Of a stretch of DNA of 64,000 nt, positions 11,901 through 24,530 are shown one piece after another. Below the pieces are notes generated by a model that had not been told where the DNA came from, did not search any database, and saw only the letters and a list, made by a program, of their open reading frames with translations. Source of the DNA: the human T2T-CHM13v2.0 reference genome, Homo sapiens; assembly GCF_009914755.1 (NCBI RefSeq), contig NC_060930.1; one strand, given 5' to 3'. The position numbers were made by a program, and so were the translations under genes. Numbering within the stretch: the first letter of the stretch is position 1; every line of letters starts with the position of its first letter.

Positions 11901-14900
11901 GAGCAGTTTTGAAACACTCTTTTTGTAGTATTTGCATGTGTATATTTAGAGCGCATTGAAGCCCACAGTAGAAAAGGAAATAACTTCACCTAAAACCTAG
12001 ACAGAAGCAATCTCAGAAACTACTTTGTGATGTGTACATTCAACTCACAGAGTGGAACTTTCCTCTTTATAGAGCAGTGTTGAAACACTCTTTTTGTAGA
12101 AACTGCAAGTGGATATTTGGACCTCTTTGAGGCCTTCGTTGGAAACGGGATTTCTTCCTATAACCCTAGACAGAAGAATTTTCAGAAACCTCATTGTGAT
12201 GTGTGCGTTCATCTCACAGAGTGGAGTCTTCCGTTTGATAGAGAAGTTTTGAAACCCTGTTCTTGTAGGATTTCCAAGTGGATATTTAGACCACTTTGAA
12301 GCCTATGATAGAAAAGGAAACATCTTCATGGAAAACATAGATAGAATCATCCTCAGAAACAACTTTGTGATGTGTGCATTGAACTCACCGTCTTTAACCT
12401 TTCTTTTGGTAGAGAAGTTTTGAAACACTCTCTTTGTAAAGTCTACAAGTGGATATTTTGAGCCCTTGGAGGCATTCTTTGGAAAAGGGAATGTCTTCAC
12501 ATAAAAGGCAGACGGAAGTGTTCTCAGAAACTGCTTTGTGATGTCTGTGTTCAACTCACAGAGTTTAACATTTCCTTTGATAGAGCGGTTTAGTAACCCT
12601 CTCTTTGTAGAATTTGGAAGTGTATACTAAGAGCGCTTTGAGGCCTATGGTAGAAAAGGAAATATCTTTCCATAAAAGCTAGACAGAAGCAATCTCAGAA
12701 ACTCCTCTGTGATGTCTGCATTCATCTCACCGAGTGGAACATTCCTCTTGAGAGAGCAGTTTGGAAACACTCTTTCTGTAGAATCAGCTTGTTTGTATTT
12801 GGACCTCCTTGAGGCCTTCGTTGGAAACGGGTTTTCATCTTATAAACCCAGACAGAAGAATTCTCAGAGTCTTCTTTGTGATGTGTGCTTTCAACTCACC
12901 GAGATAAAGATTTCTCTTGATAGAGCAATTTGGAAACACTCTTTTTGTAGAATTTGCAAGGGTACATTGAGAGCGCTTTCAGGCCTATGGTAGAAAAGGG
13001 AATATCTTTCCATAAAAGGTAGACAGAAGCAATCTCAGAAACTACTTTGTGATGTGTGCATTCAACTCACCGAGTGCAACGTTCCTCTTGACCGAGCAGT
13101 TTGGAAACATTGTTTCTGTAGAATCTGCAAGTGGATATTTGGACCTCTTTGAGGCCTTCGTTGGAAACGGGATTTCTTCCTATAAACCCAGACAGAAGAA
13201 TTCTCAGAGACTTCTTTGTGATGTGTGAATTCAACTCACAGTGTGGATCCTTCCTTTTGATAGAGCAGTTTTGAAACCCTGTTTTTGTAGTATTTCCAAG
13301 CGGATATTTGGAACGCCTTGAAGCGTATGGTAGAAAAGGAAATATCTTCCCATAAAACCTAGACAGAACCAATCTCAGAAACGACTTTGTGATGTCTGCA
13401 TTCAAGTCACAGAGTTGAACATTTCTCTTGATAGAGCAGTTTTGAAACCCTCTTTCTGAAGGATCTGCAAGTGGATATTTGGAACTCCTTTGGGTCTTCG
13501 TTGGAAACGGGATTTCTTCGTATAAATCTAGACAGAAGAATTCTCCGAAACTTCTTTGGTTGTGTGCATTCAAGTCAAAGAGTGGAACCTTCCTTTGGAT
13601 AGAGCTGTTTGAAACGCCGTGGTTGTAGTATTTCCAAGCGGATATTAGAGCGCCTTGAGGCCTATGGTAGAAAAGGAAATATCTTCCCATAAAACCTAGA
13701 CGGAAGCAATCTCAGAAACTACTGTGTGATGGCTGCATTCCACACACACGGTGGAACATTTCTCTTGATAGAGCAGTTTTGAAACACTCTTTCTGTAGAA
13801 TCTGCAAGTGGATAATTGGACCGCCTTGAGGCCTTCGTTGGAAACGGGATTTCTTCATGTTACTCTAGATAGAAGAATTCTCAAACACTGCTATGTGATG
13901 TTTGCATTCAAGTCACAGAGTGCAACATTCCTCTTGGTAGAGCAGTTGGGAAACACTCCTTTTGTAGAATCTGCAATGGGATATTTGGACTTCTTTGAGG
14001 CCTTCGTTGGAAACGGGATTTCTTCGTATGAATCTAGACAGAAGAATTCTCAGAAACTTCCTTGTGATGTGTGCATTCAACTCAGCGAGTGGCACCTTCC
14101 TTTGGATACAGCAGTTTTGAAACACTGTTTTTGTAGTATTTCCAAGCGGATATTTAGAGCGCCTTGAAGCCTATGCTAGAAATGGAAATATCTCCCCATA
14201 AAACCAAGACAGAAGCAATCTCAGAAACTAATGTGTGATGGCTGCATTCCACACACACGGTGGACCATTTCTCTTGATAGAGCAGTTTTGAAACACTCTT
14301 TCTGTAGAATCTGCAAGTGGATAATTGGACCTCCTAGAGGCCTTCGTTGGAAACGGGATTTCTTCATCTAAACCTACAGAGAAGAATTCTCAGTAACTTC
14401 TTCGGATGTGTGCATTCGACTCACAGAATGGAACATTCCGTTTGATAGAGCAGTTTTGAGACACCGTTTTTGTAGAATTCCCAAGTGGATATTTAGAGCA
14501 CTTTGAAGTCTCTGCTAGAAAAGGAAACATCTTCATGTAAAAAGTAGATAGAATCGTTCTCAGAAAGTGCTTAGTGACGTGTGCGTTCAACTCACAGAGT
14601 TTAACGTTTCTTTTGATAGAGCGTTTCTGAAACACCCTTCTTGTAGTAGCTGCAAGTGGATATTTGGACCTATTGGAGGCCTTCTTTGGAAACGGGATTT
14701 CTTCATGTAACTCTAGATTGAAGAATTCTCAGAAACTCCTTTGTGATGTGTGCATTCAATTCAAAGAGTGAAACCTCCCTTTTCACAGAGCAGTTTTGAA
14801 ACACTGTTTTTGTAGGATTTCCAAGGGGATATTTATAGCGCATTGAGCCTACGGCGGAAAAAGAAACATCTTCCTATAAAAACTAGACAGAATACTTCTC

Positions 14901-17900
14901 AGAATCTGCTTTGCGATGTGTGCGTTCAACTCATAGAGTAAAACTTTTCTTTTGATAGAGCAGTTTTGAAACACTCTTTTTGTAGTATTTGCATGTGTAT
15001 ATTTAGAGCGCATTGAAGCCCACAGTAGAAAAGGAAATAACTTCACCTAAAACCTAGACAGAAGCAATCTCAGAAACTACTTTGTGATGTGTACATTCAA
15101 CTCACAGAGTGGAACTTTCCTCTTTATAGAGCAGTGTTGAAACACTCTTTTTGTAGAAACTGCAAGTGGATATTTGGACCTCTTTGAGGCCTTCGTTGGA
15201 AACGGGATTTCTTCCTATAACCCTAGACAGAAGAATTTTCAGAAACCTCATTGTGATGTGTGCGTTCATCTCACAGAGTGGAGTCTTCCGTTTGATAGAG
15301 AAGTTTTGAAACCCTGTTCTTGTAGGATTTCCAAGTGGATATTTAGACCACTTTGAAGCCTATGATAGAAAAGGAAACATCTTCATGGAAAACATAGATA
15401 GAATCATCCTCAGAAACAACTTTGTGATGTGTGCGTTGAACTCACCGTCTTTAACCTTTCTTTTGGTAGAGAAGTTTTGAAACACTCTCTTTGTAAAGTC
15501 TACAAGTGGATATTTTGAGCCCTTGGAGGCATTCTTTGGAAAAGGGAATGTCTTCACATAAAAGGCAGACGGAAGTGTTCTCAGAAACTGCTTTGTGATG
15601 TCTGTGTTCAACTCACAGAGTTTAACATTTCCTTTGATAGAGCGGTTTAGTAACCCTCTCTTTGTAGAATTTGGAAGTGTATACTAAGAGCGCTTTGAGG
15701 CCTATGGTAGAAAAGGAAATATCTTTCCATAAAAGCTAGACAGAAGCAATCTCAGAAACTCCTCTGTGATGTCTGCATTCAACTCACCGAGTGGAACATT
15801 CCTCTTGATAGAGCAGTTTGGAAACACTCTTTCTGTAGAATCAGCTTGTTTGTATTTGGACCTCCTTGAGGCCTTCGTTGGAAACGGGTTTTCATCTTAT
15901 AAACCCAGACAGAAGAATTCTCAGAGTCTTCTTTGTGATGTGTGCTTTCAACTCACCGAGATAAAGATTTCTCTTGATAGAGCAATTTGGAAACACTCTT
16001 TTTGTAGAATTTGCAAGGGTACATTGAGAGCGCTTTCAGGCCTATGGTAGAAAAGGGAATATCTTTCCATAAAAGGTAGACAGAAGCAATCTCAGAAACT
16101 ACTTTGTGATGTGTGCATTCAACTCACCGAGTGCAACGTTCCTCTTGACCGAGCAGTTTGGAATCAGTGTTTCTGTAGAATCTGCAAGTGGATATTTGGA
16201 CCTCTTTGAGGCCTTCGTTGGAAACGGGATTTCTTCCTATAAACCCAGACAGAAGAATTCTCAGAGACTTCTTTGTGATGTGTGAATTCAACTCACAGTG
16301 TGGATCCTTCCTTTTGATAGAGCAGTTTTGAAACCCTGTTTTTGTAGTATTTCCAAGCGGATATTTGGAACGCCTTGAAGCGTATGGTAGAAAAGGAAAT
16401 ATCTTCCCATAAAACCTAGACAGAACCAATCTCAGAAACGACTTTGTGATGTCTGCATTCAAGTCACAGAGTTGAACATTTCTCTTGATAGAGCAGTTTT
16501 GAAACCCTCTTTCTGAAGGATCTGCAAGTGGATATTTGGAACTCCTTTGGGTCTTCGTTGGAAACGGGATTTCTTCGTATAAATCTAGACAGAAGAATTC
16601 TCCGAAACTTCTTTGGTTGTGTGCATTCAAGTCACAGAGTGGAACCTTCCTTTGGATAGAGCAGTTTGAAACGCCGTGGTTGTAGTATTTCCAAGCGGAT
16701 ATTAGAGCGCCTTGAGGCCTATGGTAGAAAAGGAAATATCTTCCCATAAAACCTAGACGGAAGCAATCTCAGAAACTACTGTGTGATGGCTGCATTCCAC
16801 ACACACGGTGGAACATTTCTCTTGATAGAGCAGTTTTGAAACACTCTTTCTGTAGAATCTGCAAGTGGATAATTGGACCGCCTTGAGGCCTTCGTTGGAA
16901 ACGGGATTTCTTCATGTTACTCTAGATAGAAGAATTCTCAAACACTGCTATGTGATGTTTGCATTCAAGTCACAGAGTGCAACATTCCTCTTGGTAGAGC
17001 AGTTGGGAAACACTCCTTTTGTAGAATCTGCAATGGGATATTTGGACTTCTTTGAGGCCTTCGTTGGAAACGGGATTTCTTCGTATGAATCTAGACAGAA
17101 GAATTCTCAGAAACTTCCTTGTGATGTGTGCATTCAACTCAGCGAGTGGCACCTTCCTTTGGATACAGCAGTTTTGAAACACTGTTTTTGTAGTATTTCC
17201 AAGCGGATATTTAGAGCGCCTTGAAGCCTATGCTAGAAATGGAAATATCTCCCCATAAAACCAAGACAGAAGCAATCTCAGAAACTAATGTGTGATGGCT
17301 GCATTCCACACACACGGTGGACCATTTCTCTTGATAGAGCAGTTTTGAAACACTCTTTCTGTAGAATCTGCAAGTGGATAATTGGACCTCCTAGAGGCCT
17401 TCGTTGGAAACGGGATTTCTTCATCTAAACCTACAGAGAAGAATTCTCAGTAACTTCTTCGGATGTGTGCATTCGACTCACAGAATGGAACATTCCCTTT
17501 GATAGAGCAGTTTTGAGACACCGTTTTTGTAGAATTCCCAAGTGGATATTTAGAGCACTTTGAAGTCTCTGCTAGAAAAGGAAACATCTTCATGTAAAAA
17601 GTAGATAGAATCGTTCTCAGAAAGTGCTTAGTGACGTGTGCGTTCAACTCACAGAGTTTAACGTTTCTTTTGATAGAGCGTTTCTGAAACACCCTTCTTG
17701 TAGTAGCTGCAAGTGGATATTTGGACCTATTGGAGGCCTTCTTTGGAAACGGGATTTCTTCATGTAACTCTAGATTGAAGAATTCTCAGAAACTCCTTTG
17801 TGATGTGTGCATTCAATTCAAAGAGTGAAACCTCCCTTTTCACAGAGCAGTTTTGAAACACTGTTTTTGTAGGATTTCCAAGGGGATATTTATAGCGCAT

Positions 17901-20900
17901 TGAGCCTACGGCGGAAAAAGAAACATCTTCCTATAAAAACTAGACAGAATACTTCTCAGAATCTGCTTTGCGATGTGTGCGTTCAACTCACAGCGTAAAA
18001 CTTTTCTTTTGATAGAGCAGTTTTGAAACACTCTTTTTGTAGTATTTGCATGTGTATATTTAGAGCGCATTGAAGCCCACAGTAGAAAAGGAAATAACTT
18101 CACCTAAAACCTAGACAGAAGCAATCTCAGAAACTACTTTGTGATGTGTACATTCAACTCACAGAGTGGAACTTTCCTCTTTATAGAGCAGTGTTGAAAC
18201 ACTCTTTTTGTAGAAACTGCAAGTGGATATTTGGACCTCTTTGAGGCCTTCGTTGGAAACGGGATTTCTTCCTATAACCCTAGACAGAAGAATTTTCAGA
18301 AACCTCATTGTGATGTGTGCGTTCATCTCACAGAGTGGAGTCTTCCGTTTGATAGAGAAGTTTTGAAACCCTGTTCTTGTAGGATTTCCAAGTGGATATT
18401 TAGACCACTTTGAAGCCTATGATAGAAAAGGAAACATCTTCATGGAAAACATAGATAGAATCATCCTCAGAAACAACTTTGTGATGTGTGCGTTGAACTC
18501 ACCGTCTTTAACCTTTCTTTTGGTAGAGAAGTTTTGAAACACTCTCTTTGTAAAGTCTACAAGTGGATATTTTGAGCCCTTGGAGGCATTCTTTGGAAAA
18601 GGGAATGTCTTCACATAAAAGGCAGACGGAAGTGTTCTCAGAAACTGCTTTGTGATGTCTGTGTTCAACTCACAGAGTTTAACATTTCCTTTGATAGAGC
18701 GGTTTAGTAACCCTCTCTTTGTAGAATTTGGAAGTGTATACTAAGAGCGCTTTGAGGCCTATGGTAGAAAAGGAAATATCTTTCCATAAAAGCTAGACAG
18801 AAGCAATCTCAGAAACTCCTCTGTGATGTCTGCATTCAACTCACCGAGTGGAACATTCCTCTTGAGAGAGCAGTTTGGAAACACTCTTTCTGTAGAATCA
18901 GCTTGTTTGTATTTGGACCTCCTTGAGGCCTTCGTTGGAAACGGGTTTTCATCTTATAAACCCAGACAGAAGAATTCTCAGAGTCTTCTTTGTGATGTGT
19001 GCTTTCAACTCACCGAGATAAAGATTTCTCTTGATAGAGCAATTTGGAAACACTCTTTTTGTAGAATTTGCAAGGGTACATTGAGAGCGCTTTCAGGCCT
19101 ATGGTAGAAAAGGGAATATCTTTCCATAAAAGGTAGACAGAAGCAATCTCAGAAACTACTTTGTGATGTGTGCATTCAACTCACCGAGTGCAACGTTCCT
19201 CTTGACCGAGCAGTTTGGAAACATTGTTTCTGTAGAATCTGCAAGTGGATATTTGGACCTCTTTGAGGCCTTCGTTGGAAACGGGATTTCTTCCTATAAA
19301 CCCAGACAGAAGAATTCTCAGAGACTTCTTTGTGATGTGTGAATTCAACTCACAGTGTGGATCCTTCCTTTTGATAGAGCAGTTTTGAAACCCTGTTTTT
19401 GTAGTATTTCCAAGCGGATATTTGGAACGCCTTGAAGCGTATGGTAGAAAAGGAAATATCTTCCCATAAAACCTAGACAGAACCAATCTCAGAAACGACT
19501 TTGTGATGTCTGCATTCAACTCACAGAGTTGAACATTTCTCTTGATAGAGCAGTTTTGAAACCCTCTTTCTGAAGGATCTGCAAGTGGATATTTGGAACT
19601 CCTTTGGGTCTTCGTTGGAAACGGGATTTCTTCGTATAAATCTAGACAGAAGAATTCTCCGAAACTTCTTTGGTTGTGTGCATTCAAGTCACAGAGTGGA
19701 ACCTTCCTTTGGATAGAGCAGTTTGAAACGCCGTGGTTGTAGTATTTCCAAGCGGATATTAGAGCGCCTTGAGGCCTATGGTAGAAAAGGAAATATCTTC
19801 CCATAAAACCTAGACGGAAGCAATCTCAGAAACTACTGTGTGATGGCTGCATTCCACACACACGGTGGAACATTTCTCTTGATAGAGCAGTTTTGAAACA
19901 CTCTTTCTGTAGAATCTGCAAGTGGATAATTGGACCGCCTTGAGGCCTTCGTTGGAAACGGGATTTCTTCATGTTACTCTAGATAGAAGAATTCTCAAAC
20001 ACTGCTATGTGATGTTTGCATTCAAGTCACAGAGTGCAACATTCCTCTTGGTAGAGCAGTTGGGAAACACTCCTTTTGTAGAATCTGCAATGGGATATTT
20101 GGACTTCTTTGAGGCCTTCGTTGGAAACGGGATTTCTTCGTATGAATCTAGACAGAAGAATTCTCAGAAACTTCCTTGTGATGTGTGCATTCAACTCAGC
20201 GAGTGGCACCTTCCTTTGGATACAGCAGTTTTGAAACACTGTTTTTGTAGTATTTCCAAGCGGATATTTAGAGCGCCTTGAAGCCTATGCTAGAAATGGA
20301 AATATCTCCCCATAAAACCAAGACAGAAGCAATCTCAGAAACTAATGTGTGATGGCTGCATTCCACACACACGGTGGACCATTTCTCTTGATAGAGCAGT
20401 TTTGAAACACTCTTTCTGTAGAATCTGCAAGTGGATAATTGGACCTCCTAGAGGCCTTCGTTGGAAACGGGATTTCTTCATCTAAACCTACAGAGAAGAA
20501 TTCTCAGTAACTTCTTCGGATGTGTGCATTCGACGCACAGAATGGAACATTCCCTTTGATAGAGCAGTTTTGAGACACCGTTTTTGTAGAATTCCCAAGT
20601 GGATATTTAGAGCACTTTGAAGTCTCTGCTAGAAAAGGAAACATCTTCATGTAAAAAGTAGATAGAATCGTTCTCAGAAAGTGCTTAGTGACGTGTGCGT
20701 TCAACTCACAGAGTTTAACGTTTCTTTTGATAGAGCGTTTCTGAAACACCCTTCTTGTAGTAGCTGCAAGTGGATATTTGGACCTATTGGAGGCCTTCTT
20801 TGGAAACGGGATTTCTTCATGTAACTCTAGATTGAAGAATTCTCAGAAACTCCTTTGTGATGTGTGCATTCAATTCAAAGAGTGAAACCTCCCTTTTCAC

Positions 20901-23900
20901 AGAGCAGTTTTGAAACACTGTTTTTGTAGGATTTCCAAGGGGATATTTATAGCACATTGAGCCTACGGCGGAAAAAGAAACATCTTCCTATAAAAACTAG
21001 ACAGAATACTTCTCAGAATCTGCTTTGCGATGTGTGCGTTCAACTCACAGCGTAAAACTTTTCTTTTGATAGAGCAGTTTTGAAACACTCTTTTTGTAGT
21101 ATTTGCATGTGTATATTTAGAGCGCATTGAAGCCCACAGTAGAAAAGGAAATAACTTCACCTAAAACCTAGACAGAAGCAATCTCAGAAACTACTTTGTG
21201 ATGTGTACATTCAACTCACAGAGTGGAACTTTCCTCTTTATAGAGCAGTGTTGAAACACTCTTTTTGTAGAAACTGCAAGTGGATATTTGGACCTCTTTG
21301 AGGCCTTCGTTGGAAACGGGATTTCTTCCTATAACCCTAGACAGAAGAATTTTCAGAAACCTCATTGTGATGTGTGCGTTCATCTCACAGAGTGGAGTCT
21401 TCCGTTTGATAGAGAAGTTTTGAAACCCTGTTCTTGTAGGATTTCCAAGTGGATATTTAGACCACTTTGAAGCCTATGATAGAAAAGGAAACATCTTCAT
21501 GGAAAACATAGATAGAATCATCCTCAGAAACAACTTTGTGATGTGTGCGTTGAACTCACCGTCTTTAACCTTTCTTTTGGTAGAGAAGTTTTGAAACACT
21601 CTCTTTGTAAAGTCTACAAGTGGATATTTTGAGCCCTTGGAGGCATTCTTTGGAAAAGGGAATGTCTTCACATAAAAGGCAGACGGAAGTGTTCTCAGAA
21701 ACTGCTTTGTGATGTCTGTGTTCAACTCACAGAGTTTAACATTTCCTTTGATAGAGCGGTTTAGTAACCCTCTCTTTGTAGAATTTGGAAGTGTATACTA
21801 AGAGCGCTTTGAGGCCTATGGTAGAAAAGGAAATATCTTTCCATAAAAGCTAGACAGAAGCAATCTCAGAAACTCCTCTGTGATGTCTGCATTCAACTCA
21901 CCGAGTGGAACATTCCTCTTGAGAGAGCAGTTTGGAAACACTCTTTCTGTAGAATCAGCTTGTTTGTATTTGGACCTCCTTGAGGCCTTCGTTGGAAACG
22001 GGTTTTCATCTTATAAACCCAGACAGAAGAATTCTCAGAGTCTTCTTTGTGATGTGTGCTTTCAACTCACTGAGATAAAGATTTCTCTTGATAGAGCAAT
22101 TTGGAAACACTCTTTTTGTAGAATTTGCAAGGGTACATTGAGAGTGCTTTCAGGCCTATGGTAGAAAAGGGAATATCTTTCCATAAAAGGTAGACAGAAG
22201 CAATCTCAGAAACTACTTTGTGATGTGTGCATTCAACTCACCGAGTGCAACGTTCCTCTTGACCGAGCAGTTTGGAAACATTGTTTCTGTAGAATCTGCA
22301 AGTGGATATTTGGACCTCTTTGAGGCCTTCGTTGGAAACGGGATTTCTTCCTATAAACCCAGACAGAAGAATTCTCAGAGACTTCTTTGTGATGTGTGAA
22401 TTCAACTCACAGTGTGGATCCTTCCTTTTGATAGAGCAGTTTTGAAACCCTGTTTTTGTAGTATTTCCAAGCGGATATTTGGAACGCCTTGAAGCGTATG
22501 GTAGAAAAGGAAATATCTTCCCATAAAACCTAGACAGAACCAATCTCAGAAACGACTTTGTGATGTCTGCATTCAAGTCACAGAGTTGAACATTTCTCTT
22601 GATAGAGCAGTTTTGAAACCCTCTTTCTGAAGGATCTGCAAGTGGATATTTGGAACTCCTTTGGGTCTTCGTTGGAAACGGGATTTCTTCGTATAAATCT
22701 AGACAGAAGAATTCTCCGAAACTTCTTTGGTTGTGTGCATTCAAGTCACAGAGTGGAACCTTCCTTTGGATAGAGCAGTTTGAAACGCCGTGGTTGTAGT
22801 ATTTCCAAGCGGATATTAGAGCGCCTTGAGGCCTATGGTAGAAAAGGAAATATCTTCCCATAAAACCTAGACGGAAGCAATCTCAGAAACTACTGTGTGA
22901 TGGCTGCATTCCACACACACGGTGGAACATTTCTCTTGATAGAGCAGTTTTGAAACACTCTTTCTGTAGAATCTGCAAGTGGATAATTGGACCGCCTTGA
23001 GGCCTTCGTTGGAAACGGGATTTCTTCATGTTACTCTAGATAGAAGAATTCTCAAACACTGCTATGTGATGTTTGCATTCAAGTCACAGAGTGCAACATT
23101 CCTCTTGGTAGAGCAGTTGGGAAACACTCCTTTTGTAGAATCTGCAATGGGATATTTGGACTTCTTTGAGGCCTTCGTTGGAAACGGGATTTCTTCGTAT
23201 GAATCTAGACAGAAGAATTCTCAGAAACTTCCTTGTGATGTGTGCATTCAACTCAGCGAGTGGCACCTTCCTTTGGATACAGCAGTTTTGAAACACTGTT
23301 TTTGTAGTATTTCCAAGCGGATATTTAGAGCGCCTTGAAGCCTATGCTAGAAATGGAAATATCTCCCCATAAAACCAAGACAGAAGCAATCTCAGAAACT
23401 AATGTGTGATGGCTGCATTCCACACACACGGTGGACCATTTCTCTTGATAGAGCAGTTTTGAAACACTCTTTCTGTAGAATCTGCAAGTGGATAATTGGA
23501 CCTCCTAGAGGCCTTCGTTGGAAACGGGATTTCTTCATCTAAACCTACAGAGAAGAATTCTCAGTAACTTCTTCGGATGTGTGCATTCGACTCACAGAAT
23601 GGAACATTCCCTTTGATAGAGCAGTTTTGAGACACCGTTTTTGTAGAATTCCCAAGTGGATATTTAGAGCACTTTGAAGTCTCTGCTAGAAAAGGAAACA
23701 TCTTCATGTAAAAAGTAGATAGAATCGTTCTCAGAAAGTGCTTAGTGACGTGTGCGTTCAACTCACAGAGTTTAACGTTTCTTTTGATAGAGCGTTTCTG
23801 AAACACCCTTCTTGTAGTAGCTGCAAGTGGATATTTGGACCTATTGGAGGCCTTCTTTGGAAACGGGATTTCTTCATGTAACTCTAGATTGAAGAGTTCT

Positions 23901-24530
23901 CAGAAACTCCTTTGTGATGTGTGCATTCAATTCAAAGAGTGAAACCTCCCTTTTCACAGAGCAGTTTTGAAACACTGTTTTTGTAGGATTTCCAAGGGGA
24001 TATTTATAGCGCATTGAGCCTACGGCGGAAAAAGAAACATCTTCCTATAAAAACTAGACAGAATACTTCTCAGAATCTGCTTTGCGATGTGTGCGTTCAA
24101 CTCACAGAGTAAAACTTTTCTTTTGATAGAGCAGTTTTGAAACACTCTTTTTGTAGTATTTGCATGTGTATATTTAGAGCGCATTGAAGCCCACAGTAGA
24201 AAAGGAAATAACTTCACCTAAAACCTAGACAGAAGCAATCTCAGAAACTACTTTGTGATGTGTACATTCAACTCACAGAGTGGAACTTTCCTCTTTATAG
24301 AGCAGTGTTGAAACACTCTTTTTGTAGAAACTGCAAGTGGATATTTGGACCTCTTTGAGGCCTTCGTTGGAAACGGGATTTCTTCCTATAACCCTAGACA
24401 GAAGAATTTTCAGAAACCTCATTGTGATGTGTGCGTTCATCTCACAGAGTGGAGTCTTCCGTTTGATAGAGAAGTTTTGAAACCCTGTTCTTGTAGGATT
24501 TCCAAGTGGATATTTAGACCACTTTGAAGC

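Larger units (their letters stand above)
75..24530 (+). repeat. Eight tandem full-length 18-mer HOR units (3057 bp each), U1-U8
   Basis: A marker ORF recurs at 75, 3132, 6189, 9246, 12303, 15360, 18417, 21474 and 24531, always 3057 bp apart. Units differ only by scattered SNVs. Confidence 0.97.
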
